DNA of 53,106 nt, taken from NCBI GenBank assembly GCA_047624885.1, contig JBLHQF010000001.1:1-53106 (forward strand). Reading direction: 5' to 3'. A program made the position numbers and the translations under genes. Source of the DNA: Cryomorphaceae bacterium (GTDB lineage Bacteria > Verrucomicrobiota > Verrucomicrobiia > Verrucomicrobiales > Akkermansiaceae). Positions 9,626 to 19,703 of the stretch are shown here, piece after piece. The stretch's first letter is position 1. Every line of letters begins with the position of its first letter. Under the pieces are notes generated by a model. The model worked only from the letters and a program-made list of their open reading frames with translations. It did no database searches and was not told the origin of the DNA.

Positions 9626-9641
9626 TGGGGTGAAACCCTAC
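9626..9641. promoter_or_regulatory. Regulon box 5: TGGGGT-GAAA-CCCTAC, overlapping the xfp stop
   Basis: Exact match to boxes 8 and 12; upstream of the GAF gene; -10 is weak. Confidence 0.78.
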
Positions 9642-12004
9642 TCTTGATCCCACTTCCAATTCCGGATCTCTGGCATATCTTCACCGTTCTTGTCAATGTA
9701 GCGCTTGTGCTCCATGAGCTTCTCTTGGAGTAGCTCTTTGAGTGAATTACCTCTCATGTCCTGAACTGGCAAGCGATCGATGGTGTCCATCACGAGGTGG
9801 AATCGGTCGAGGTCGTTGAGCACCGTCATGTCGAAAGGTGTGGTGATAGTGCCTTCCTCCTTGTAGCCACGGACATGGATGTTGTGGTGATTAGCGCGGC
9901 GGTAGGTGAGCTGATGTATCAACGAAGGGTAGGCGTGAAAGGCGAAGATGACCGGTTTATCCTTCGTAAAAAGGGAGTCGAAATCATGGTTGCTCAGTCC
10001 GTGTGGGTGTTCGCTCTGCGGCTGCAGTTTCATGAGATCCACGACGTTCACCACGCGCACTTTTAGCTCGGGCAGATGTTCACGTAAGATGGATACGGCG
10101 GCCATTGTCTCCAGTGTAGGAACATCGCCACAGCAAGCCATGACCACATCGGGTTCGCTTCCACCGTCGTTACTAGCCCATTCCCATTTACCAACTCCTG
10201 CACTGCAATGTTTAACGGCCTGATCCATCGTCAGCCATTGTGGCGCCTGATACTTTCCGGCGATCACGACATTCACATAGTGGCGACTCCGCAAACAATG
10301 ATCCCAGACTGAAAGCAAGCAGTTGGCATCCGGCGGTAAATACACTCGTGTGACGGAGGCTTTTTTATTCACCACATGATCGATAAAACCGGGATCTTGA
10401 TGGGTAAACCCATTGTGCATCTGCTGCCAGACATGAGAAGCCAACAGGTAGTTCAGCGATGCAATAGGCTTCCGCCACGAAAGTCCAGCCGTGACTTTTA
10501 ACCACTTAGCATGCTGATTAAACATGGAGTCAATAATGTGGATGAAAGCTTCGTAACAGTTGAAAATTCCGTGGCGTCCCGTGAGTAGGTAGCCTTCGAG
10601 CCAACCTTCGCACTGATGCTCACTGAGCATTTCCATGACACGTCCATCCCGTGCAAGGAACTCATCATTACCCTGCCTCTGTGCATCCCATTGCCGGTCG
10701 GTTTCCTCAAATACCGCCGTCAGACGATTCGATAGCGTTTCGTCCGGACCGAAGATGCGGAAGTTACGTTGCTCAAGATTGAGTTTTATCACGTCACGAA
10801 GGAATACACCGAGTTCATGCGCGTCTGCCGCACAAACTGATCCAGGCGAAGGCACGTCCACCGCGTAATCACGAAAGTCCGGCATGATTAAATCTTGAAG
10901 CAACAAACCGCCGTTCGCGTTCGGGTTAGCGCCCATACGACGATCCCCCACTGGCGCCAGTTCCGCTAGCTCCGGCTTTAATTTCCCCTGAGCATCGAAA
11001 AGTTCATCCGGTCGGTAGCTGAGCAACCATTCCTCTAACAGCTTGAGATGTTCGGGATGAGTGGCCGGATCTGAGAGCGGCACTTGATGAGCACGGAAAG
11101 TGCCTTCGATCTGAACCCCGTCTACCAATTTCGGGCCTGTCCAGCCTTTGGGAGATTTGAGTACGATCATCGGCCAGCGTGGACGCGTGGTCTGGCCACT
11201 CACTCGCGCATCATGCTGAATCCGCTTGATCTCTTTGGTTACTTTATCGAGCGTCGCCGCCATGGCTTCATGCATCAACTCTGGGTCATCTCCCTCTACG
11301 TAATAAGGCGTCCAACCGTTACCACTAAAGAACTGATCCAGCTCTTCCGGCTCAATCCGTGCGAAAATAGTCGGGTTTGCTATTTTGTAACCATTGAGAT
11401 GCAGTATAGGCAATACCGCCCCATCGTGAACAGGATCGAGAAATTTGTTAGAATGCCATGCCGTGGCTAGTGGTCCAGTTTCCGCTTCACCATCACCCAC
11501 ACAGCAAGCCACGATCAGCTCAGGATTATCAAATACCGCCCCGAACGAATGGCTCAGCGAATAACCCAGTTCACCGCCTTCATGAATCGAACCGGGACAC
11601 TCCGGTGATGCGTGACTCGGAATACCACCAGGAAACGAAAACTGTTTAAACAGCTTTTGCAGTCCCATTTCATCCTGGCTAATAGTAGGATAAATCTCGC
11701 TATAGGTTCCTTCTAAATAAGTATTTGCCACCACCGCCGGTCCACCGTGACCAGGACCAGACACATAGATCATATTAAGATCGTCTTGTTTAATCAACCG
11801 ATTCAGATGCACATAGATAAAGTTCTGGCCAGGTGTCGTCCCCCAATGCCCGAGCAACATGTGCTTGATGTCCGTGAGCGCTAGTGGTCTCTTGAGCAAG
11901 GGGTTATCTAACAGATAAATTTGACCGACCGAGAGGTAATTAGCAGCGCGCCAGTAGGCATCAATCTTGTAAAATAGTTCGGGGCTAAGTGTGTTAGTAT
12001 TCAT
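9638..12004 (-). CDS. xfp: Xylulose-5-P/fructose-6-P phosphoketolase
   Basis: [56 protein letters not shown]. Confidence 0.96.
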   Translation of the reverse strand: MNTNTLSPELFYKIDAYWRAANYLSVGQIYLLDNPLLKRPLALTDIKHMLLGHWGTTPGQNFIYVHLNRLIKQDDLNMIYVSGPGHGGPAVVANTYLEGTYSEIYPTISQDEMGLQKLFKQFSFPGGIPSHASPECPGSIHEGGELGYSLSHSFGAVFDNPELIVACCVGDGEAETGPLATAWHSNKFLDPVHDGAVLPILHLNGYKIANPTIFARIEPEELDQFFSGNGWTPYYVEGDDPELMHEAMAATLDKVTKEIKRIQHDARVSGQTTRPRWPMIVLKSPKGWTGPKLVDGVQIEGTFRAHQVPLSDPATHPEHLKLLEEWLLSYRPDELFDAQGKLKPELAELAPVGDRRMGANPNANGGLLLQDLIMPDFRDYAVDVPSPGSVCAADAHELGVFLRDVIKLNLEQRNFRIFGPDETLSNRLTAVFEETDRQWDAQRQGNDEFLARDGRVMEMLSEHQCEGWLEGYLLTGRHGIFNCYEAFIHIIDSMFNQHAKWLKVTAGLSWRKPIASLNYLLASHVWQQMHNGFTHQDPGFIDHVVNKKASVTRVYLPPDANCLLSVWDHCLRSRHYVNVVIAGKYQAPQWLTMDQAVKHCSAGVGKWEWASNDGGSEPDVVMACCGDVPTLETMAAVSILREHLPELKVRVVNVVDLMKLQPQSEHPHGLSNHDFDSLFTKDKPVIFAFHAYPSLIHQLTYRRANHHNIHVRGYKEEGTITTPFDMTVLNDLDRFHLVMDTIDRLPVQDMRGNSLKELLQEKLMEHKRYIDKNGEDMPEIRNWKWDQE

Positions 12005-12057
12005 AATTTTTAGGTGGTCAGTTTAAGCATACTGCCAAAGTGTAGATCTCAGTGCTA

Positions 12058-12073
12058 TGGGGTGATTACCTAC
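12058..12073. promoter_or_regulatory. Regulon box 6: TGGGGT-GATT-ACCTAC, in the divergent xfp / cytochrome c promoter
   Basis: Motif match with the same GCTA flank; centred in a 115-bp divergent intergenic region. Confidence 0.8.
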
Positions 12074-12119
12074 CTAGACCAATCCAAAAATTTCGGATAG
12101 TTTACACCTACAAAACCTC

Positions 12120-12443
12120 ATGAAATACCTATCTCTTCTAGCAGTCTGCGTAATTTGCATTTTTACATCATGCACTCTTACTAATAATAAGAAAAAATCA
12201 ACTTATAATCCTTCCCTACCATACAGACCCGTTAATATTTCTGACAACACAGAACGTCGAGGATATGGCGTTTACATGAAAACTTGTTATCAGTGCCATG
12301 ATCAAACAGATCCTTCCACATTATCAACGAAGAAATGGACGATGACTGTTCCTGCCATGGCTGAACATGCGGGCATCACTGAGGAAGAAGGGAAACAAGT
12401 TCTTGAATATATTTTATACGTTAAGTCCCAGGAATTAAGATAA
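12120..12443 (+). CDS. Monoheme cytochrome c lipoprotein
   Basis: Signal peptide with lipobox-like FTSC; CYQCH heme motif; W..TVPAM candidate axial Met. Confidence 0.8.
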   Translation: MKYLSLLAVCVICIFTSCTLTNNKKKSTYNPSLPYRPVNISDNTERRGYGVYMKTCYQCHDQTDPSTLSTKKWTMTVPAMAEHAGITEEEGKQVLEYILYVKSQELR

Positions 12444-12502
12444 ATACTAGGTAATCATTGATTTTTTTTAATGCAGAATAGAAATTTCACACATGAATAA
12501 AT

Positions 12503-13048
12503 ATGAATAACAAAACCATAATAGAAGCGGTAAGAATAAGTGGACAGTTTAAAACACTGTGCGAAACATTCAAAAATAGGACGGATTTAGATCTCTGGTT
12601 AGATTCTAAAGACTCAGACGACCCAAGATCTAATGAGGAAATGTCTAACGATTACTACACTATTTTAACCAAAGATTTGGATATGGAAGAAGAGTGCGAA
12701 GTCTCTCACCAATCCATGCGCGATGCATCTCACGGAAAGCAAATCAAATACGCTGAAGACATTTCGGGTTTGATTCATTTTCTAGTTCCTATTCACAGCG
12801 GCGATGAAGAGATTGGATTCCTACGCTGTGGGGGGATAAAGGATGCTTACAGGGGTGTTAAAAAGTTGATCGATTTCACGAATGAACTCCATCAGAAAAA
12901 CGCCGATGGAGCTAAGATTGTAGCATTAGAAGCAGCTTACAAGCAGATCCCAAACCTTTATGGAGAAGATCTTGCAGAAGCTGTAAACTGGCTAGCAGAT
13001 CAAGCAGTTGAAATTGAAAAACTAGTTTCCAATCTCAAAAAATTCTAG
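12503..13048 (+). CDS. Stand-alone PocR-like sensory domain protein
   Basis: GLIHFLVPIHSGDEEIGFLRCGG resembles the PocR ligand-binding core; no output domain. Confidence 0.55.
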   Translation: MNNKTIIEAVRISGQFKTLCETFKNRTDLDLWLDSKDSDDPRSNEEMSNDYYTILTKDLDMEEECEVSHQSMRDASHGKQIKYAEDISGLIHFLVPIHSGDEEIGFLRCGGIKDAYRGVKKLIDFTNELHQKNADGAKIVALEAAYKQIPNLYGEDLAEAVNWLADQAVEIEKLVSNLKKF

Positions 13049-14574
13049 TGCCTAATTACAAGAAAAAAACTTTAAGATCATCGCAAATAGTTCAGGGAAC
13101 GATACATCGCAAATCATTTTTCTCGTTCTGCGTATCGCTATTCATACTATTTTCTATCATGAACTCTCTGCTCCACGGAGCAGCATGGAAGACCACTCGT
13201 GCATGGAGTGAGCTAGAAGAACTCGGCTACGCCAGATGGGTGGAGCAGCTTGGTCAGCGTCAGTGGAAATCCGCCCAGAAGATGCTCTTAAATCAAAGAA
13301 CTAACAGCCTCTACCACCCTTCTGATGAAAGGTTCACATTCTGGGCTGACTGTGGCGATTTACCATTTATTCTTCGATCTTACTATGCCTACAAGCGTGG
13401 TCTTCCTACCATCATCACTACTGTTAGAGGTGGTAATTATTCAGCCACTCCTAATCCCACAGTCAGCATGTTGACTAACGAATCGTTTCAAGGTTCAGCC
13501 CACGAATTTTTCAATCGTATCCCTAACACCATCAATACAGCGAACTTACGCACTGATTACCGACAGGGCAATACCTCTACCTATCCAGTAGCTCTAAACA
13601 GAGAAGCAATAAGACCTGGCACCATCTTCTACGACCCCAACGGTCATGCAGCAGTGGTATGCTCAGTGAAAAACGACGGCACCATTCATTTTATAGATGC
13701 TCATCCAGACCAGTCCATCACTCGCACAATCTTTGGACCTAAGCTGAGCTGGAAGACTTCTTCGCACACAGGTGGATTTATCAATTACCGACCAGTAGTT
13801 ATCAGCCGTGGTAGAATCATGTTTCAAAATGATCTGAATAAGCTGCCACACCTGAGCACCATGCAGCATCGTATGGGAAAAGACTACCACATCAAAACAA
13901 AATTACTGCTCTCGAAACAACTACTAGATCCAGAAAAAGACCTAGCTCAGTACATTTTGCAAGACACATTCCTCGAATTACAGAACAGAGTCGCTGCCGT
14001 CCAGAGTGGCTGGAAAATAGCCAAACATAACTCGATCAAAACCCCACCTAACATATACTACGGTGCTGGACCGTGGGAAGACTTCTCTACTCCAGGCAGG
14101 GACATCCGTCTCAGAAAGTCATTGCTTCATATTCCCGAGAGAATCAAAAATTACCTTTCTCTCGCTCAGAAATCACCTGAACTTTTAACCGCTAACTCTC
14201 GTAATCCAGAAAAGCTATTAGCAACGCTAATCAAAACCCAAGACCGTTTATTCAGAACCTTGATTATCGAGTATCCCAACAGTGAAGACCAGTTGATTTC
14301 ACTAACTCTAAATGACATAGAGAAACGGATATTCCTACTTTCATTTAATCCCAATCACCCACCAGAACTACGCTGGGGAGCCACAGGAAAGGAGCTATCC
14401 ACCGCCTCTCGCTACTACCCACGATACTACATCAGCTACCAGAATGAGCAATTATGGAGGAACAGGCTCGACACGAAGAATGGCTCCATGGCTACCTCAG
14501 ACAGAGATAACCCAAGAATCCCACCACCGCATAATGTCACGCGAATGGTTCAGCAAATCAAAGTCCTTCCATAA
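13048..14574 (+). CDS. Exported hypothetical protein with possible papain/NlpC-P60-like Cys-His-Asp triad
   Basis: Hydrophobic N-terminal segment; ADCGDLP, IRPGTIFYDPNGHAAVV, FIDAHPD; start uncertain. Confidence 0.6.
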   Translation: MPNYKKKTLRSSQIVQGTIHRKSFFSFCVSLFILFSIMNSLLHGAAWKTTRAWSELEELGYARWVEQLGQRQWKSAQKMLLNQRTNSLYHPSDERFTFWADCGDLPFILRSYYAYKRGLPTIITTVRGGNYSATPNPTVSMLTNESFQGSAHEFFNRIPNTINTANLRTDYRQGNTSTYPVALNREAIRPGTIFYDPNGHAAVVCSVKNDGTIHFIDAHPDQSITRTIFGPKLSWKTSSHTGGFINYRPVVISRGRIMFQNDLNKLPHLSTMQHRMGKDYHIKTKLLLSKQLLDPEKDLAQYILQDTFLELQNRVAAVQSGWKIAKHNSIKTPPNIYYGAGPWEDFSTPGRDIRLRKSLLHIPERIKNYLSLAQKSPELLTANSRNPEKLLATLIKTQDRLFRTLIIEYPNSEDQLISLTLNDIEKRIFLLSFNPNHPPELRWGATGKELSTASRYYPRYYISYQNEQLWRNRLDTKNGSMATSDRDNPRIPPPHNVTRMVQQIKVLP

Positions 14575-14611
14575 AAGCTAACAGCTCAAATTTTCTGAAA
14601 ATGCTGAATGA

Positions 14612-15526
14612 TTATAGCTCATACTTGAACCCTTCAGGCTTAACCGCATAAACGGAACACTGAGAGTCATGAATGATCCTCTCAGCAGTAGTTCCTAGTA
14701 AGAATGTTCTCAAACCAGTGCGGCCGCGAGTCCCAAGAACAACTAAATCAGCATTGGTTTCATCTATCTGTTCATTCATACCAGATGAAACTCTCATATT
14801 AGTATTCACAGTAACGCTGATATCGATGTCAGAATATTTACTTTGAATTTCTTTGCTGATTTCATCTAGCTTCTGCTCAAGATGATAAGTAATGCTTGAT
14901 TCTGGATCATCCGCAGAAGATGTAGTAGCCCAACCATACAATTCCTCAAACTGCACTGGTGGCTTGAACACGTAGACAAGCTTCAGTGAAGCTCCCTCTA
15001 AAACAGCTATTTCACCAGCCTTATAAGCAGATTCTATAGAGTTGTCAGAAAAATCGACACAAGCTATGATACTGTTAAAAAGTCTATCATGTCCCCGTCT
15101 TACAAGCAATACGTCGATAGCTGCTTTCCGCACACACTTTGACGCCAGTACACCTGCTCTACTACTATATCTGTTAGAATGACCATTTGCTCCGAGTGCT
15201 AAAAGCGAGTGATTTTTCTGATTCACAGCTTCAATAATCTCACGGAACGGATTTCCTATCAGAACTTCGGTCTTAATATTTTTTCCCGTCCCTATTGAAT
15301 CTGCAATGAATTTTTCTAAACGAGAATGCTCACTATCTAGAACCCCTGCACGATCAAATTTCGCTTTCTGATCTGTGAAATGCTTTACAATATCCTCATC
15401 TATCACGTGCATGACTTCAATATCTACTTCCTGAGCATTTGCTATTCTGGCAGCCTCACGGAGAGCCATTTTGCTCGTCCTTGAATAGTCTACTGCGACT
15501 AAAATTGATTTATCTAAAGTGTTCAT
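14612..15526 (-). CDS. Tandem-domain universal stress protein
   Basis: ILVAVDYS and IIACVDFS domains; LVVLGTRGRTGLRTFLLGTTAERII. Confidence 0.93.
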   Translation of the reverse strand: MNTLDKSILVAVDYSRTSKMALREAARIANAQEVDIEVMHVIDEDIVKHFTDQKAKFDRAGVLDSEHSRLEKFIADSIGTGKNIKTEVLIGNPFREIIEAVNQKNHSLLALGANGHSNRYSSRAGVLASKCVRKAAIDVLLVRRGHDRLFNSIIACVDFSDNSIESAYKAGEIAVLEGASLKLVYVFKPPVQFEELYGWATTSSADDPESSITYHLEQKLDEISKEIQSKYSDIDISVTVNTNMRVSSGMNEQIDETNADLVVLGTRGRTGLRTFLLGTTAERIIHDSQCSVYAVKPEGFKYEL

Positions 15527-16452
15527 TATTTTTTCAATACGTTTAAATGTGCGTCAAATTCTTCCGGCACAGGAATGATCAACACAGAGCAGTCTGCCTG
15601 GCGTAAAACATGTTCTGCTGTAGTCCCCAAAGGGTGCTTACTTCGATACCAACCTTCTCCCGTCTTTCCAATGACAACCATATCCGCATCATGTTCATTC
15701 AGGTAATTCATCATCTGAGAGATCGTGTTTTCCGCTACGATGACAACCGGATTAATAGTAATGGGCAAATATTCTGTCGCACGTTTTATTTTAGACTGAA
15801 GCTGAGATTGAGCTAGATTTTTATACTGCACCTTGTAATCTTCATCTTCTACAGTAGTCAGATTATAAAGCATATGATCGAATTTCAGCCACGGAGGATG
15901 GATAAAGTTGACCACATCCAGTTCATCATCATTATCTAGAGATTGCTTCGCAGCATGAGCGATCAAGGTAGAAGAAATATCAGACAGATCAGTATAAACG
16001 ATTACTTTTTTATGGGTATGTCCTGCTACGTTCTTCACTAGTAATACTGGCATGCTTGCTCGTCTTACACATTTAATAGAAAAGATACCGTTTTTAGAAT
16101 GCTCCTCTTCATATTCGTTTGATCCTATCACTAAAAGGTCAACATCATTCCCCTCACAATATGCAATCACATCCGCGAAAGGTTCGCCCTCAAAAACGTG
16201 ATGCTCCACCCCTTCAAAGCTACCTAGAACATCACTGATATAACCTCCTAAATTTTTTCTCTCCCTACTCAGCAACAGACTCATATCAATATCATGATGC
16301 TTCCTCAGCTCTTCGATTCCACTATTATTAATGCAATGCACCACCACCATTTTAGCATCCTCTTTATTAGCGAGCTTTTGAGCCTTCAAAAGCGCTCTTC
16401 TCGATGACTCGGTGTAGTTAACCACGGCAACTATTTTTTTATATCTAATCAT
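15526..16452 (-). CDS. Tandem-domain universal stress protein
   Basis: YKKIVAVVNYTESS; ADMVVIGKTG...LGTTAEHVLRQADCSVLIIP. Confidence 0.9.
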   Translation of the reverse strand: MIRYKKIVAVVNYTESSRRALLKAQKLANKEDAKMVVVHCINNSGIEELRKHHDIDMSLLLSRERKNLGGYISDVLGSFEGVEHHVFEGEPFADVIAYCEGNDVDLLVIGSNEYEEEHSKNGIFSIKCVRRASMPVLLVKNVAGHTHKKVIVYTDLSDISSTLIAHAAKQSLDNDDELDVVNFIHPPWLKFDHMLYNLTTVEDEDYKVQYKNLAQSQLQSKIKRATEYLPITINPVVIVAENTISQMMNYLNEHDADMVVIGKTGEGWYRSKHPLGTTAEHVLRQADCSVLIIPVPEEFDAHLNVLKK

Positions 16453-16554
16453 AATTCTAATTTTAAAAACACTGACTTAATTCTTACATATAGAAGCTAT
16501 CGATATATTCCTAATAAAGTAAGAAACACCTTCTAATTCACCACAGAATGAATC

Positions 16555-16647
16555 TTGTTGATCTGTTTATGTAACTTTGCTACTAATTTTTATCCATAAC
16601 GCACTGTAGATAGAATGTCCATCACTGACAATAGGGTGATCACCCCA
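16555..16647 (-). repeat. Repeat copy B: frameshifted relic of the coiled-coil gene start plus promoter, now upstream of the usp pair
   Basis: ATG 16597 then frameshift; reads KLVAKLHKQINKI vs KVVAKLHKRINKI. Confidence 0.88.
16632..16647. promoter_or_regulatory. Regulon box 7: TAGGGT-GATC-ACCCCA, divergent usp / yeeE promoter
   Basis: On - strand: TTGTCA-17-TACAGT; on + strand: TAAATT at 16673-16678 just before ATG 16684. Confidence 0.87.
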
Positions 16648-16683
16648 TAGCAATGCTGTGAATACTTCGGTATAAATTGCTTA

Positions 16684-17247
16684 ATGGAAAACGAATCTCA
16701 CTTAAAAAAAACTAATCAGCCAATTTCTTTGAAAGAGAAAAAATGGAATCCTTATTTTGTTGGAGTTGGGATAGGGATACTTAGTTGGCTGGTCTTTCTT
16801 GTTGTGAACAAGCCCATCGGGATGTCCACTGAGGTGTCGAAATTTTCTGGTTGGGTCACGGCGCTTTTTGTAGGTAAGGAAGCAGTAACTAACAATGCTT
16901 ACTGGTCAAGCAAAGTCCCAGCCTTTGGATATAGCACAGTGTTTCTTCTGTTCACTGCTGTGGGGGCGTTTATTAGTGCTAGACTTGGACGTGACATCGT
17001 TTTTGAAAAGGTCCCGGATACTTGGAGAACCTACCAGGGTTCAAGTATGATGAAGCGAATGATTGCCGCTTTCTTCGGCGGTGCGATTCTTCTTTTTGGA
17101 GCTCGACTGGCTGGAGGCTGCACCAGTGGTCACGGCATCAGTGGGACAATGCAACTCGCGCTATCCAGTTGGATTTTCTTCCCAGTGATGTTCATTACCG
17201 GAATCATCACTGCCCGTATTCTCTTTCGGAATAAGACTAACCCCTAA
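16684..17247 (+). CDS. YeeE/YedE family sulfur-compound transporter subunit
   Basis: WNPY..G..IG, GARLAGGCTSGHGISG. Confidence 0.88.
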   Translation: MENESHLKKTNQPISLKEKKWNPYFVGVGIGILSWLVFLVVNKPIGMSTEVSKFSGWVTALFVGKEAVTNNAYWSSKVPAFGYSTVFLLFTAVGAFISARLGRDIVFEKVPDTWRTYQGSSMMKRMIAAFFGGAILLFGARLAGGCTSGHGISGTMQLALSSWIFFPVMFITGIITARILFRNKTNP

Positions 17248-17288
17248 TTTAATTTGATCTAATCTATTTACCTCAAACTATTTAAACT

Positions 17289-17858
17289 ATGAACTTACCT
17301 ATACCAAAAGACTCTATTACCGGTCTCGTGATCGCGGCTCTCTTCGGAATCATCTTCGGAATATTACTCAACAAAGGACGTGTGACAGACTACAACGTAA
17401 TCGTGAATCTCTTTCGTTTCAAAGACTTTACGGTTCTTAAAATTATGCTGACGGCAATTGTCGTTGGCGGCATTGGGGTCTTCGCTATGCAGGGCATCGG
17501 CTGGATTGAAGGCTATCATATTAAAGACACTAATCTTTTGGGGCTCATCCTCGGAAGTGGACTTTTCGGAGCCGGAATGGCACTTTACGGCTACTGCCCT
17601 GGGACTGCAGTGGCCGCCATTGCTACTGGTCGAATTCATGCTCTGGTTGGATTTTTCGGCATGCTGCTCGGTGGCATTATCTATGCATATAGCTATGGCT
17701 GGATCGAGGCGAATATTCTCAGTGTGGGGAAATTAGGCAAAATCAGGTTGGACGAAGTGACGACTATTCCGTCTTCGGTCTGGTGGATGTTTCTCCCTAT
17801 TATCACCATTTATATTTTCATGCGTATCGAAAGAAAACAACGGAATATTCAGAATTAA
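17289..17858 (+). CDS. YeeE/YedE family partner subunit
   Basis: FGIIFGILL, FKDFTVLK, LFGAGMALYGYCPGT. Confidence 0.86.
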   Translation: MNLPIPKDSITGLVIAALFGIIFGILLNKGRVTDYNVIVNLFRFKDFTVLKIMLTAIVVGGIGVFAMQGIGWIEGYHIKDTNLLGLILGSGLFGAGMALYGYCPGTAVAAIATGRIHALVGFFGMLLGGIIYAYSYGWIEANILSVGKLGKIRLDEVTTIPSSVWWMFLPIITIYIFMRIERKQRNIQN

Positions 17859-17899
17859 CTTTGTCACCTTATCTATCACCAACCAACTAAAGAAAAATC

Positions 17900-18670
17900 A
17901 TGAATCGATTATCAAATAAAGTAGCTATTATCACGGGAGGATCTCTTGGGATAGGGAAAGCCATTACTCAACAGTTTGCCAGAGAAGGTGCCCAAGTTAT
18001 TATTATCGACGTGCTTGAGGATGAGGGCAGAGCGGTAATGCTGGAGATTAATGATGCTGGGAGCTCTGCTGATTTTTTCTGCCTCGATGTATCTGACGCC
18101 TTAGAAGTAGAGGAATGCTTCAAGGCGATACACAACAAATTTGGACGCATCGACATTCTAGTAAACAATGCGGGAATCTCAGGAGTAAGTAAACCCACTC
18201 ACGAAGTGACTGAAGAGGAATGGGACAAAGTGATGAACGTGAATGTGAAGGGAGTGTTTCTCTGCACTAAGTATGTCATCCCCTACCTTCAGGAGGCTGG
18301 CGCGGGAAGTATCATTAATTTATCTTCGATCTATGGACTCGTGAGCGCTCCCGACCTCCCTGCTTACCATGCTTCGAAAGGAGCTGTTACTCTTATGACT
18401 AAGACTGATGCACTTTTTTATGCTAAGGAAAGAATCCGGGTGAACTCGATCCACCCTGGCTTTATTTGGACGCCGCTAGTTGAGGAGTTGGGTAATCAAT
18501 CACCAGAAGGCCCCGAGAAATTCCGCAAAAATCTCGACCGCTCTCATCCCATTGGACATGTCGGCGCTCCAGAAGATATCGCCTGGGGGGCAGTCTATCT
18601 CGCCTCTGACGAATCCCGGTTTGTGACCGGTAGCGAACTCGTTATCGATGGCGGATATACAGCTCAATAG
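17900..18670 (+). CDS. Short-chain dehydrogenase/reductase
   Basis: TGGSLGIG, NNAG, YHASK catalytic motif, IRVNSIHPG. Confidence 0.92.
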   Translation: MNRLSNKVAIITGGSLGIGKAITQQFAREGAQVIIIDVLEDEGRAVMLEINDAGSSADFFCLDVSDALEVEECFKAIHNKFGRIDILVNNAGISGVSKPTHEVTEEEWDKVMNVNVKGVFLCTKYVIPYLQEAGAGSIINLSSIYGLVSAPDLPAYHASKGAVTLMTKTDALFYAKERIRVNSIHPGFIWTPLVEELGNQSPEGPEKFRKNLDRSHPIGHVGAPEDIAWGAVYLASDESRFVTGSELVIDGGYTAQ

Positions 18671-18689
18671 TGAACTCTCTGACAGTATT

Positions 18690-19703
18690 TTAGCTATTCT
18701 GGGATGACATCACTTCGCAGCCTAAAATCGGCGGAATATGATTGGAGAACCTGGTCAGATTTTCGACCGTCACTTCTGCTATTTGACTAAGCGCCTCACG
18801 TGTAAAAAATCCTTGGTGTCCAGTCACTAAAACATTGGGAAACGAGATCAGTCTAACAATTTCATCATCCTGGATTATTTCCGACGACCGATCCTCAAAA
18901 AATAATTCAGCCTCATCCTCATACACATCGATTCCCAAATTACCGAGCTTCCCGTTTTTCAGCGAACCAATTACAGCAGTCGTATCAATGAGCGCTCCCC
19001 TTCCAGTATTGATTAGCATTGCACCCCGTTTGAATCGTCCTAATGATTCCTTGTTAATCATATGCCGAGTCTTTTCATTCAGTGGGCAGTGCAGGCTAAC
19101 GATATCCGAACATTCTAACAGATCGTCAAGTTGTAGGTATTTCACACGATGATCCGATGCAAATTCATCATCCTGACAAGGGTCGTAAGCCACCACATGA
19201 CATCCAAAACCACGCATGATTCGGCAAAAAGCCTTTCCTATCATTCCCGTTCCGACCACACCCACGGTTTTTTCTTTTAGATCAAAACCGAGCAATCCAC
19301 TTAGGTCAAAATTTCCTTCTCTAACCCGATTGTAGGCCCGGTGGGTCTTGCGATTCAACGTCATGATTAGCGCGACGGAATACTCCGCGACCGACTCAGG
19401 GGAATAGGCTGGCACCCTATATATCTTGATCCCAAATTCGTGTGCAGCTTCCATATCTACATTGTTGAATCCTGAACAACGCAAAGCAATTACCTTTACA
19501 CCAAGGGCCGCCAAGGACTCGATGACATCACGATCTGCATGATCATTTACAAACAGGCAAACACCGTCAAATCCATCAGCAGATGACACCGTATGCCGGG
19601 TTAGTTGATGGTTATAGAATGAGAACTCCACAGATCCACCCGCAGAAGCTGCACCCAGAGTTGTTCTGTCGTATTCCCTAGAACTATAGACTACAACTTT
19701 CAT
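18690..19703 (-). CDS. ldhA: D-lactate dehydrogenase (D-2-hydroxyacid dehydrogenase)
   Basis: LRCSGFNNVD, VPAYSPESVAE, GTGMIG, INTGRG, DVYEDE, TGHQGFFT. Confidence 0.88.
   Translation of the reverse strand: MKVVVYSSREYDRTTLGAASAGGSVEFSFYNHQLTRHTVSSADGFDGVCLFVNDHADRDVIESLAALGVKVIALRCSGFNNVDMEAAHEFGIKIYRVPAYSPESVAEYSVALIMTLNRKTHRAYNRVREGNFDLSGLLGFDLKEKTVGVVGTGMIGKAFCRIMRGFGCHVVAYDPCQDDEFASDHRVKYLQLDDLLECSDIVSLHCPLNEKTRHMINKESLGRFKRGAMLINTGRGALIDTTAVIGSLKNGKLGNLGIDVYEDEAELFFEDRSSEIIQDDEIVRLISFPNVLVTGHQGFFTREALSQIAEVTVENLTRFSNHIPPILGCEVMSSQNS

Noticed and set aside
9502-9696. N-terminal extension of the GAF ORF
   Set aside because: Overlaps the xfp 3' end and box 5; low-complexity AT-rich leader
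12447-12471. Half box (TAGGTAATCA) and FNR-like TTGAT-N4-TTTAA upstream of the PocR-like gene
   Set aside because: Second half-site missing, and the FNR-like match lies in a T-run where chance matches are likely
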